DNA from: Minisyncoccota bacterium | GTDB taxonomy: Bacteria > Patescibacteriota > Minisyncoccia > Phycocordibacterales > UBA9973 | Assembly (NCBI GenBank): GCA_942491275.1 | Contig: CALNZI010000006.1 | Span: forward strand, 9,899-73,898 | Length of the DNA: 64,000 nt | Direction: 5' to 3' | Part shown: in pieces, positions 27,608 to 35,452 of the stretch | Position numbering within the stretch: position 1 is the stretch's first letter | Layout of the letters: every line of letters starts with the position of its first letter | Position numbers and translations under genes: made by a program | Notes under the pieces: generated by a model | Seen by the model: only the letters and a program-made list of their open reading frames with translations | Database searches by the model: none | What the model was told of the DNA's origin: nothing

Positions 27608-27644
27608 ATGCATCATTATATCATAGTGTGTTATAATTATGTAC

Positions 27645-28535
27645 ATGAAAACTTTAAGAGAATATATTCAAGAAGCTGATAAAAAGGGTATAGCCATTGG
27701 TCATTTTAATATTTCAAATATCGAAGCACTGCACGGAATTTACATAGCTGCAAAAAATTTATCCAAAGAAGTTGGAAAAAATATTCCAGTTATAATTGGT
27801 GTTTCCGAAGGTGAAGAAAAATTTATAGGACAGGATGAAGTTTTTGTTCTAGTAAAAGAAATTCGAGAAAAAGATAATTATCCAATATTTTTAAATGCCG
27901 ACCATCATTACACTTTTGAATCCGTAAAAGATGTTTTAGATAGGGGATTTAATGCTGCTATTATTGATGCCGTTAAATTGCCTTTGGAAGAAAATACAAC
28001 TCTTACTAAAAAATGTGTGGACTACGCAAAAGAAGTAAGCAAAAAAGAAAAAAGAGATATTCTAATTGAAGCTGAAATTGGATTTATTGGTCAATCTTCA
28101 AAATTACTTGAATCAATCCCCGAAGGTGTTAGTGAAGAAACAATGACTAAACCAGAGGATGCAAAATATTTTGTCGAAAAAACAGGAATAGATTTATTGG
28201 CTCCTTCCGTTGGAAATATTCACGGAATGGTAAAAGGAGGGAATCCTAAATTAGATATAAATAGAATTAAAGAAATTAGAGAAATTTCTGGAGTTCCATT
28301 GGTTCTTCATGGAGGTTCTGGAATTTCCAACGAAGACTTCGCTTCAGCAATTAAAGCTGGAGTTTCAATTGTTCACATAAATACAGAAATTCGTGTAGCC
28401 TATAAAGAAGCCCTTAAAAAATCTCTAGCCGACAACCCTAATGAAATCGCTCCCTATAAATTCCTCCAACCAGCCGTTGAAGCTATTTCTAAAGTTGTAG
28501 AGGAAAGGATGAGGTTGTTTGGTGGAATAAATTAA
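27645..28535 (+). CDS. fba: Class II fructose-bisphosphate aldolase
   Basis: AIGHFNISN, NADHH, LVLHGGSG, HINTE. ATG 27645 lies 7 nt after TGtTATAAT (27629-27637). ATG 27639 is an alternative start. Confidence 0.9.
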   Translation: MKTLREYIQEADKKGIAIGHFNISNIEALHGIYIAAKNLSKEVGKNIPVIIGVSEGEEKFIGQDEVFVLVKEIREKDNYPIFLNADHHYTFESVKDVLDRGFNAAIIDAVKLPLEENTTLTKKCVDYAKEVSKKEKRDILIEAEIGFIGQSSKLLESIPEGVSEETMTKPEDAKYFVEKTGIDLLAPSVGNIHGMVKGGNPKLDINRIKEIREISGVPLVLHGGSGISNEDFASAIKAGVSIVHINTEIRVAYKEALKKSLADNPNEIAPYKFLQPAVEAISKVVEERMRLFGGIN

Positions 28536-28537
28536 TT

Positions 28538-28561
28538 GAGTTCGATTCCCACTCGTGGAGA
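28538..28561 (+). pseudogene. Orphan tRNA 3'-end fragment (T-loop + acceptor 3' strand)
   Basis: GAGTTCGATTCCCACTCGTGGAGA starts 3 nt after the fba stop. It has a canonical TTCGATTCC T-loop but no 5' partner sequence. Confidence 0.5.
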
Positions 28562-28565
28562 TATA

Positions 28566-28594
28566 TTGACAGGTAAACAATATAGTGTTATTAT
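28566..28594 (+). promoter_or_regulatory. Near-consensus sigma70-type promoter
   Basis: TTGACA-17 nt-TATTAT with the TG extension (TGtTATTAT). Confidence 0.6.
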
Positions 28595-28661
28595 ATTAAC
28601 AACAATGATTTTTCAAAATTCCATATAAATAAAAAAAAATAAAAAACCAAAATTCAACAAG

Positions 28662-28853
28662 ATGAAAACAACTTCAAAAGTACGCGGAACAAAAAAAATA
28701 AAGTTGACCCGACGCAGAAATGAATTACAAAAACAATTACTAAATTTAAAAAAACGATGGGGTTCTGATCACCCTAGAGTTATAGAGATGATTGAAACAA
28801 TTAAATCTGTAAAATTAAAACGAAGTAATTTAAAATTAAAAAAAATCTCTTAA
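28662..28853 (+). CDS. Hypothetical very basic small protein
   Basis: 63-aa ORF rich in K/R (KKIKLTRRRNELQKQLLNLKKRW). No family recognised. Confidence 0.35.
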   Translation: MKTTSKVRGTKKIKLTRRRNELQKQLLNLKKRWGSDHPRVIEMIETIKSVKLKRSNLKLKKIS

Positions 28854-28864
28854 ATTTGAAGAAA

Positions 28865-29047
28865 ATGGGAACCAGAGAAAAATTAATTTCCAAAATTATG
28901 AGTTATTCAGCCACTGAATACCATAAAGAAGGTGATCTCTTTGGAATCACAAAAAAAAGTGACAAAGAGGGATATTACTACTGGGACAAAGAGGTCCTAA
29001 CAAGTTTCAACACAACAAAACTTATAGAAGTCTTAGAGGACTTATAA
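28865..29047 (+). CDS. Hypothetical small protein
   Basis: ORF directly following the previous one. The first ATG is 28865; the track start at 28856 is TTG. Confidence 0.35.
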   Translation: MGTREKLISKIMSYSATEYHKEGDLFGITKKSDKEGYYYWDKEVLTSFNTTKLIEVLEDL

Positions 29048-29062
29048 AAGTTACAAATAATA

Positions 29063-29105
29063 AATAACGCTGATGTTTATTAAAACATGGCGTTATTTTT
29101 TTTAT
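29063..29105 (+). terminator. Intrinsic terminator
   Basis: AATAACGC..ATGTTT-atta-AAACAT..GCGTTATTTTTTTT. Confidence 0.7.
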
Positions 29106-29147
29106 TTCCTCTTGCAAATGGGGGATTTTAGTGTTATTATCCCACTC

Positions 29148-29833
29148 ATGAATACATTAACCGCAACAAAGCGAAGTAAGACAGATAATCTTGCCAGCAT
29201 ACGAAATAACGGTATGGTGCCAGGTGTTGTCTATGGCGCTGGAGTGGAAAATACAACTATTTCCGTTTCAAGCATAAACTTCGAAAAAATATTTAGAGTG
29301 GCTGGGAAACCAGTACAATTGTGCTTGAATTAGAGGGTGACGATAAAACAAAAAAGAAATTAGATGTTTTAATACATGAAATTCAAGTGGATCCTGTTAG
29401 AGGATTTCCAGTTCATATAGATTTTCTAGCTGTTGACATGAATAAACCAATTGAAGTTGGTGTACCCATCGAGTTTATTGGAGTTGCTCCAGCAGATAAA
29501 AGTGGTCTTGGAGCTCTTGTTAAGGTTCTCTATGAATTTGAAGTCAGAGCTTTACCGAAAGATATCCCGCAAACAATTAGTGTTGATCTTTCAACTCTTG
29601 TAGAATTAGATTCACAAATTCACACTAAGAACATTATTCTTCCAAAGGAAGTTGAAATGTTAACTGAAGGGGAAGAAGTTGTTGCTCTTATCGCTCCAAT
29701 TAAAGAAGAAGTCATTGAGGAAACTCCTGTTGATCTATCAGAAATTGAAGTAGAAAAGAAAGGTAAGAAAGATGACGAAGAAGGAGGAGAAACAGAAGCT
29801 CCAAAAGAAGAAGTTGCTCCGGCCAAGGAATAA
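29148..29833 (+). pseudogene. rplY: Ribosomal protein L25/Ctc, reading frame broken by a 1-nt shift at GGGAAA (29304-29309)
   Basis: The track gives two ORFs. The first ends ...FEKIFRVAGKPVQLCLN*. The second continues with STIVLELEGDDKTKK...VDPVRGFPVHIDF. One extra G or A would read RVAGETSTIVLELEG as a single L25. ATG 29148 lies 7 nt after TGtTATTAT. Confidence 0.8.
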
Positions 29834-29942
29834 TACAGCAAAAAATATAAAAAGCTCTTTACCTAATGGTGAAGAGTTTTTTGTATGGTATAACCCCGTA
29901 GTAGAACTTTGAAAAAGTTTCACTACCGGGTATAATAAACCC

Positions 29943-31331
29943 ATGAAGAATCGCAACAAATTCTGTTTTTCTTTTTTCATAATTATTTTAATTTTACTTG
30001 GAACTTTTTCTCTAAAAATAGAACCTCTTCAGGCGGGAGTGGCTCTTGAGAATGCTCAAGCCGACAAAGCTAAGCTTGAAGCTGAATTGGTTCAATTGGA
30101 TATAGAAAAAGCCAGATTAGAAAAACAATTAAATAGTCAGAAAGGGCAATCAACTTCTATCTCACGAGATATTGCTATTTTAACTACACAAATTAATAAA
30201 TCTAAACTAGACATAAAAGCAAAAAATTTAATAATTCAAAAATTAGGTGGAGAAATTAGTCAAAAAAATCAACAAATTAAAATACTAAATTCTAAAATAG
30301 AAAATCAAAAAGATTCTCTTTCTCAATTAATAAGAAAAGAAAGAGAAATAGAAAATAAATCTATTGTTGTTTTAATTTTATCTCAAGAAACAATTTCCGA
30401 TGCTTATAAAGACATCGGCTCTTTTGCTTCAATTAAAAATAGTATAAAAAAATCTGTAGGAGAAATAAAAACTACAAAAAACCTAACTGAGGTTCAAAAA
30501 AAAGACTTGGAAATAAAAAAGGACTTGGAGACTGATAATAAGGTTGAATTAGAAAATGCTAAAGCAAAAGTAGAATTAAATGAGGATGAAAAAAAGAAAC
30601 TTCTAAATATTAGTAAACAGAAAGAATCAGAATATCAAAAAGTATTAGCTGAAAAGGCTCGAAGACGATCACAAATTCTTAGTGCTCTATTTAAACTTCG
30701 TGATAATTCAGCAATTCCATTTAGTAAAGCTTTGGAATATGCTAACTTCGCTTCAGAAAAAACAGGCGTTAGAGCAGCTTTTCTTTTAGCAATTTCAACT
30801 CAAGAAAGTGGCGATGACCCAAATGCACCCATTGGTGTTAACTTAGGAAGTTGTTATTTAAAAGACAAAATAACAGGAGAAGGAATTGGAATAAAATCTG
30901 GAAATATAATTCAAAGAGTGATGAAGTCGCCTCGTGATACTGAACCATTTATAGAACTAATGGCTAATCTAGGAAGAGACCCTTATCAAACACCGGTTTC
31001 CTGTCCTTGGAGTACTGGCTACGGAGGAGCTATGGGCCCTCTCCAGTTTATTACTTCCACATGGGATATGGTAAAAGGTAAAACAGCTGATTATTTAGGG
31101 ATAAAAACCGCTGATCCTTGGAATGGGCAGGATGCTTTTATGGCTGCAGCGGTACTACTAAAGGGCAATGGAGCAATTAGTGGAAGCTATACAGCCGAAA
31201 GAGATGCAGCCTGCCGATATTATTCTGGAAGGCCATGTTCTGCTCCTAATGTTAAAAATGCCTTCTATGGAAACGCTGTTATGGCTAAGGCTCAAATAAT
31301 CCAAAATAATATAGATCTATTGCAAAGCTAA
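29943..31331 (+). CDS. Secreted lytic-transglycosylase-like (MltB/SLT-type) protein with long N-terminal coiled coil
   Basis: Signal anchor and ~230-aa coiled coil. The C-terminal domain carries AISTQESG (catalytic Glu-Ser) and GAMGPLQFITSTW. Confidence 0.7.
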   Translation: MKNRNKFCFSFFIIILILLGTFSLKIEPLQAGVALENAQADKAKLEAELVQLDIEKARLEKQLNSQKGQSTSISRDIAILTTQINKSKLDIKAKNLIIQKLGGEISQKNQQIKILNSKIENQKDSLSQLIRKEREIENKSIVVLILSQETISDAYKDIGSFASIKNSIKKSVGEIKTTKNLTEVQKKDLEIKKDLETDNKVELENAKAKVELNEDEKKKLLNISKQKESEYQKVLAEKARRRSQILSALFKLRDNSAIPFSKALEYANFASEKTGVRAAFLLAISTQESGDDPNAPIGVNLGSCYLKDKITGEGIGIKSGNIIQRVMKSPRDTEPFIELMANLGRDPYQTPVSCPWSTGYGGAMGPLQFITSTWDMVKGKTADYLGIKTADPWNGQDAFMAAAVLLKGNGAISGSYTAERDAACRYYSGRPCSAPNVKNAFYGNAVMAKAQIIQNNIDLLQS

Positions 31332-31359
31332 CAATTAAATGCTAATATAACTCCACGTT

Positions 31360-31581
31360 ATGAAAAAAGAAATACACCCAAAATATACAAATGAATCAAA
31401 AGTCACCTGCGCCTGTGGGGCAAAATTTGCCGTTGGTTCAACAATGGAAGAAATTAAAGTTGAAATATGTAGCCAGTGTCATCCTTTCTATACAGGAAAT
31501 GAAAAAGTTCTAGATACAGCTGGACGTGTTGATCGTTTCAAGAAAAGAGCTGCTGCTTCCGCAAAAAAAGCAAAGAAATAA
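31360..31581 (+). CDS. rpmE: Ribosomal protein L31
   Basis: MKKEIHPKY...CACG...[10 protein letters not shown]. Confidence 0.93.
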   Translation: MKKEIHPKYTNESKVTCACGAKFAVGSTMEEIKVEICSQCHPFYTGNEKVLDTAGRVDRFKKRAAASAKKAKK

Positions 31582-31590
31582 ATATCCTCA

Positions 31591-31618
31591 AAAAACGCAA
31601 AACATTTTGCGTTTTTTT
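31591..31618 (+). terminator. Intrinsic terminator after rpmE
   Basis: AAAACGCAAA-acat-TTTGCGTTTTTTT. Confidence 0.75.
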
Positions 31619-31632
31619 GATATAATAAAATA

Positions 31633-31743
31633 GTACTTGTCCCGTAGTAAATTTTTGATTAAATAGTATTAATTTTAAAAATATACGAGATAAGATAATA
31701 AAATAAAAGAATTATTAATAAATATTAAAATTTTACTACTGGG
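31633..31743 (+). promoter_or_regulatory. Structured ~111-nt leader, copy B (upstream of prfA)
   Basis: Begins 7 nt after TGaTATAAT (31618-31626). Same conserved ends as 9027-9135. 31640-31656 is complementary to 31727-31744. Confidence 0.55.
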
Positions 31744-32712
31744 ATGGAATTAGATTTAGAACAATTAAAAAAAGATCACAAAACAAGTTATTTCGCCGAA
31801 GAATACGAGCGTCTTTCTGCTGAAGAAGGAAAAGTTAATAAAATGGTGGAGCAGGATGAAGATCTTCGAGAATTAGCCAATGAAGAACTTCAAAATTTAA
31901 AAACTCAAAAAGAAGCTATTGAAACTCAATTAGAGAATATAATTAAAAGTGAAAAAGAAGAAGAGTCTTTTCCAAATGAAATAATCTTGGAAGTTAGAGC
32001 CGGAGCTGGAGGAGATGAAGCCTCTCTTTTTGCTTGGGAATTGGCTCATATGTATGAAAAATTTTCTGAAGCTCGTAAATGGGAATGGAAACCCTTAAAT
32101 GAATCTTCCAATGAAGTTGGAGGATATAAAGAAGCTTCTTTTGAAGTTAAGGGCAAAGACATCTACCGTCTTTTTATGCATGAAACTGGGGTTCATCGAG
32201 TTCAGCGTATTCCCGCTACAGAAAAAAATGGAAGAATACATACATCTACGGCTTCCGTTGCAGTTTTACCTTTATACAAAAAAACAAAAATAAATATTAA
32301 ACCATCGGACGTTGATATAGAATATTCAAGATCTGGAGGAGCTGGAGGTCAGAATGTTAATAAGGTGGAAACAGCGGTTAGATTAATTCACAAAGAAACT
32401 GGAATAGATGTTCGCTGCACAACAGAACGAAGTCAATTGGGTAATAGAGAAAAAGCCATGATGATTCTTTCTTCTAAACTACAATTAAAAAAAGATGAGG
32501 AAGAAGCTGCAAAATATTCACAAGATAGAAAAGACCAGATTGGAACTGCTGATCGTTCAGAAAAAATTAGAACCTATAATTTTCCACAAGATAGAGTAAC
32601 TGACCATAGAATTAAACAATCTTGGTCCAACCTTCCTAAAATAATGGAAGGGGATATAGATAAAATGATAGAAGCTTTGGCTTCAGGAGAAATGGGGGAC
32701 GAAGAAGAATAA
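31744..32712 (+). CDS. prfA: Peptide chain release factor 1 (short N-terminus)
   Basis: GGQ motif ([11 protein letters not shown]) and the RF1-type PAT tripeptide (RIPATE). 322 aa. Confidence 0.9.
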   Translation: MELDLEQLKKDHKTSYFAEEYERLSAEEGKVNKMVEQDEDLRELANEELQNLKTQKEAIETQLENIIKSEKEEESFPNEIILEVRAGAGGDEASLFAWELAHMYEKFSEARKWEWKPLNESSNEVGGYKEASFEVKGKDIYRLFMHETGVHRVQRIPATEKNGRIHTSTASVAVLPLYKKTKINIKPSDVDIEYSRSGGAGGQNVNKVETAVRLIHKETGIDVRCTTERSQLGNREKAMMILSSKLQLKKDEEEAAKYSQDRKDQIGTADRSEKIRTYNFPQDRVTDHRIKQSWSNLPKIMEGDIDKMIEALASGEMGDEEE

Positions 32713-32777
32713 TTTGACAACATCAATATAAATATATATAATTTATATAAATAAATTATTCATCAACAAAAAAAGAA

Positions 32778-32987
32778 ATGTGGGCAAATGTAAAGTATGT
32801 ATTTGGCTTTATTTTTATTTTTATCTCCATTTATATTAATACAACTGGAATAAGTGAAGAAATGAAGACCTTGGTTGGAGCAAAAGACAATTCTCAGATT
32901 ATTATCTTTGCTGCATTAATAGCAGTAGGAATTATTCTGCTAATATGGGCAATGGCCTCCGAGACCAAAAGAAGACAAACAACCTAA
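32778..32987 (+). CDS. Small membrane protein (2 TM), hypothetical
   Basis: 69-aa hydrophobic ORF followed by a strong terminator. Confidence 0.4.
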   Translation: MWANVKYVFGFIFIFISIYINTTGISEEMKTLVGAKDNSQIIIFAALIAVGIILLIWAMASETKRRQTT

Positions 32988-33006
32988 CCCTTTAACGGGA
33001 CAAACG

Positions 33007-33036
33007 AGCGCTAGATCTTTTACTCTAGCGCTTTTA
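33007..33036 (+). terminator. Intrinsic terminator
   Basis: AGCGCTAGA-tcttttac-TCTAGCGCTTTT. Confidence 0.75.
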
Positions 33037-33284
33037 ATTTGCACATATTTCTATTGTTATTTTTTAATGGCTATGATATATTTGACTCTAGTAGTTTCCT
33101 TATGTTTTGGTATTTGTTTCATCCTTTCGTGTTAAACATCAAAGTATGTAAATGAAAATCGGCTCAGGCGATTACATTTATAAGTATCCGGTCTAGTATC
33201 GGATTCCGAATTCGAATCGGAAAGTTAATTATTGTAAAATTGTATTTATTTAATAGGTAAAATTTTACGAGTATATTGTCATAT

Positions 33285-33545
33285 ATGGCAAAGAAGTTAT
33301 ATGTAGGTGGTCTTCCTTACAAGACAACTAACGAGGAGCTTGAAGCTCATTTCGCGACTGTAGGTACTGTTACCTCAGCAACTATTATTATGGATAAAAT
33401 GACTGGTCGTTCAAAGGGTTTTGGTTTCGTTGAAATGGAAAACGACGCCGACGCTGAAAAAGCTATTGCTGACTTTGATGGAAAAGATTTCGATGGTCGA
33501 AATCTAACTGTTAACGAAGCACGACCAATGGAACCTCGTCAATAA
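33285..33545 (+). CDS. RRM-type RNA-binding protein
   Basis: RNP2 KLYVGGLPY and RNP1 KGFGFVEM. ATG 33285 lies 7 nt after TATATT (33272-33277); the track start at 33276 is TTG. Confidence 0.88.
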   Translation: MAKKLYVGGLPYKTTNEELEAHFATVGTVTSATIIMDKMTGRSKGFGFVEMENDADAEKAIADFDGKDFDGRNLTVNEARPMEPRQ

Positions 33546-33562
33546 AAAGATATGTTTCAATT

Positions 33563-33592
33563 AAAAACCCCACTCGTAAGAGTGGGGTTTTT
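33563..33592 (+). terminator. Intrinsic terminator after the RRM gene
   Basis: AAAAACCCCACTC-gtaa-GAGTGGGGTTTTT. Confidence 0.85.
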
Positions 33593-33596
33593 GTTT

Positions 33597-33637
33597 TGTG
33601 CGTGTACTTGGAATCGAACCAAGGACCTCTGTCTTAT
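33597..33637 (-). repeat. Exact 41-nt duplicate of the 3' half of tRNA-Ile (anticodon loop to discriminator)
   Basis: 33597-33637 is identical to 33680-33720. Identity stops inside the anticodon (…GTCTTAT | aaatgg versus …GTCTTAT | caggac). Confidence 0.9.
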
Positions 33638-33681
33638 AAATGGAAGAGAGTTTCAAAACAAAAACAAGCTAACGTCCTCTG

Positions 33682-33753
33682 TGCGTGTACTTGGAATCGA
33701 ACCAAGGACCTCTGTCTTATCAGGACAGCGTTCTACCACTGAACTACACACGC
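33682..33753 (-). tRNA. tRNA-Ile (anticodon GAU), CCA not encoded
   Basis: Minus strand reads GCGTGTGTAGTTCAGTGGTAGAACGCTGTCCTGATAAGACAGAGGTCCTTGGTTCGATTCCAAGTACACGCA, which folds as a clean cloverleaf by hand. Confidence 0.9.
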
Positions 33754-33814
33754 ACGGAAGAAACTAGCTTGTTTTTATTTTGAACGAACGAACCATTTAT
33801 ATTGTATCCAGTTA

Positions 33815-33850
33815 TATCAGGACAGCGTCCTACCAACAACTACACACAAA
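33815..33850 (-). pseudogene. Decayed copy of the 5' half of tRNA-Ile (5' end to anticodon)
   Basis: Minus strand TTTGTGTGTAGTTGTTGGTAGGACGCTGTCCTGATA versus the tRNA GCGTGTGTAGTTCAGTGGTAGAACGCTGTCCTGATA. There are a few substitutions plus a 1-nt deletion. Similarity ends in the anticodon loop. Confidence 0.7.
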
Positions 33851-33953
33851 ACACTAGTTGAACCTAACCAATATACCAAAAACTTAGAAATATCGCAATT
33901 ATATATTAAACATATATAATTCTTGCTTTTTCGAGATACTTTTTATATACTAG

Positions 33954-34289
33954 GTGTGGTCAATGATCCTCATTGGCCTAGTTATATTTATGGAATTAGA
34001 AAAATTACAAGCACAAAAAGAAAGTGAGATCTCAGGGTTTTTTTGGCTTGGGTTACAAATTGCTTTCATTTTTGGGATACCAGCTGCTGTTGCTGTATTT
34101 ATTGGGAAAAAACTCTCTGCCATATGGGCAGGCAATAGCTGGGTTACAATCTGCTTAGTTATTTCATTTATTTTCTCCTGGATTATTATTATTATTATTT
34201 ACAGAAAAAAATCAAAAAAAATAAACACCATCGAAGCGAGAATAAGAGAAATAAAGAAAGAATCCCTATCTGCACAGGTAGAAAAATAA
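33954..34289 (+). CDS. Small membrane protein preceding atpB (AtpI/AtpZ-like position)
   Basis: 111 aa, 3 TM, first gene of the atp cluster. The start is uncertain: GTG 33954 or ATG 33963. A TTGCTT-17-TATACT promoter lies just upstream. Confidence 0.5.
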   Translation: MWSMILIGLVIFMELEKLQAQKESEISGFFWLGLQIAFIFGIPAAVAVFIGKKLSAIWAGNSWVTICLVISFIFSWIIIIIIYRKKSKKINTIEARIREIKKESLSAQVEK

Positions 34290-34299
34290 TTAAATTAAA

Positions 34300-35100
34300 A
34301 TGAGCATACTCCAAGTACCAAGAGAAATAGTTTCCGTTACGCCTGAGCCAGTGGCTTTAATTGGTAATTTCAAAATAACAAGTTCCACAATTACTTCAGT
34401 TTTTATTTTAATATTATTTTTACTCTATGCTTTCTTTGTAGTCCGTAAATATAAAGCGAGACCAAACAAAGCTCAAACTTTAGTTGAACTATTAATAGAA
34501 TCCATGCTTGATTTCATCGCTCAAATAACAGGGCACATGAAATATGCAAAAGTATTATTTCCTTTAATCGCTTCTATTTTTATTTACGTTGGTTTTTCTA
34601 ACTTGATAACAATTTTAATACCTGGATTAAGTAGTATCACAATTGGAAATATTGCTGTTTTTCGTACACCAACAGCAGATTTTAATACAACCTTCGGACT
34701 AGCAGTGGGATCCGTATTACTTATTCATGTAGTTAGTGTAAAAGACTGGGGTTTCTTTGGACACTTAGGCAAATTTTTTAAATTTAAAGATGTATATCTA
34801 GGTTTTAAAAAAAGTATTAAACACGGTGTTATGGAATTAATTAATTTTGGAATTGGCTTGCTAGATATTGTCGGTGAAATAGCCAAAGTTGTATCATTAT
34901 CTCTTCGTTTATTTGGTAACATGTATGCAGGTGAAATCCTAGCCATGATTATAATGGGTGCATTTGCTTATGCAATCCCATTGATCTGGACTTCGATGAA
35001 CTTGTTAGCAGCAGTTATTCAGGCTCTTGTTTTTGGAGCTCTCGTTACTGCTTATTACATGTTAGCAATTAAAATTAAAGAGGGTGAATCTGGAGAATAA
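34300..35100 (+). CDS. atpB: F-type ATP synthase subunit a
   Basis: LSLRLFGNMYAGE (essential Arg) in a polytopic protein. Confidence 0.92.
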   Translation: MSILQVPREIVSVTPEPVALIGNFKITSSTITSVFILILFLLYAFFVVRKYKARPNKAQTLVELLIESMLDFIAQITGHMKYAKVLFPLIASIFIYVGFSNLITILIPGLSSITIGNIAVFRTPTADFNTTFGLAVGSVLLIHVVSVKDWGFFGHLGKFFKFKDVYLGFKKSIKHGVMELINFGIGLLDIVGEIAKVVSLSLRLFGNMYAGEILAMIIMGAFAYAIPLIWTSMNLLAAVIQALVFGALVTAYYMLAIKIKEGESGE

Positions 35101-35213
35101 TTCAGATTATATAATTTTTAGTTTTAGGGCGAAATTATTATTAGTTTTAATTTATTAATTTAATTAATTAGCAATCTTAACGTTATGTTAAGATTAGCTA
35201 AATAAAAAATATC

Positions 35214-35438
35214 ATGGAAAATATGAGCGTAGAAGCAGCGAGAATGATCGCTAAAGGAATGGCTACATTATCAATGTTCGGAGCAGCTATCGGTGAAGGA
35301 TACTTAATCGGTAAAGCTCTTGAAGCTATCGGGCGAAACCCTGACGCATCAGGATCAATTTTTTCAAAAATGATTATTGGTGTTGCTTTGGCAGAATCCA
35401 CAGCGATTTATGCTTTGGTTGCTTTCTTTATTATCTAG
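35214..35438 (+). CDS. atpE: F-type ATP synthase subunit c
   Basis: Hairpin protein with the GRNPDA loop and a carboxylate in VALAESTAIYALV. Confidence 0.92.
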   Translation: MENMSVEAARMIAKGMATLSMFGAAIGEGYLIGKALEAIGRNPDASGSIFSKMIIGVALAESTAIYALVAFFII

Positions 35439-35452
35439 TATAGACAAAAATT

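Noticed and set aside
31744-32712. Alternative genetic code (UGA reassignment), suggested by seeing only RF1 in a CPR-like genome.
   Set aside because: TGA functions as a stop at conserved C-termini (trpS 10105-10107, EEP gene 58632-58634). All conserved genes are full-length under the standard code. RF2 may simply lie outside the window.
33040-33284. Long cold-shock-type 5' UTR for the RRM protein gene.
   Set aside because: A TATATT box sits exactly 7 nt before the ATG, as at the other leaderless genes, so the gene probably has its own adjacent promoter. The upstream region is reported separately as a candidate sRNA.
33552-33767. 71-aa ORF across the tRNA-Ile region, and the 124-aa minus-strand ORF 20166-20540 across tRNA-Leu.
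   Set aside because: These reading frames are created by the tRNA sequences and their duplicated halves. They are not credible proteins.
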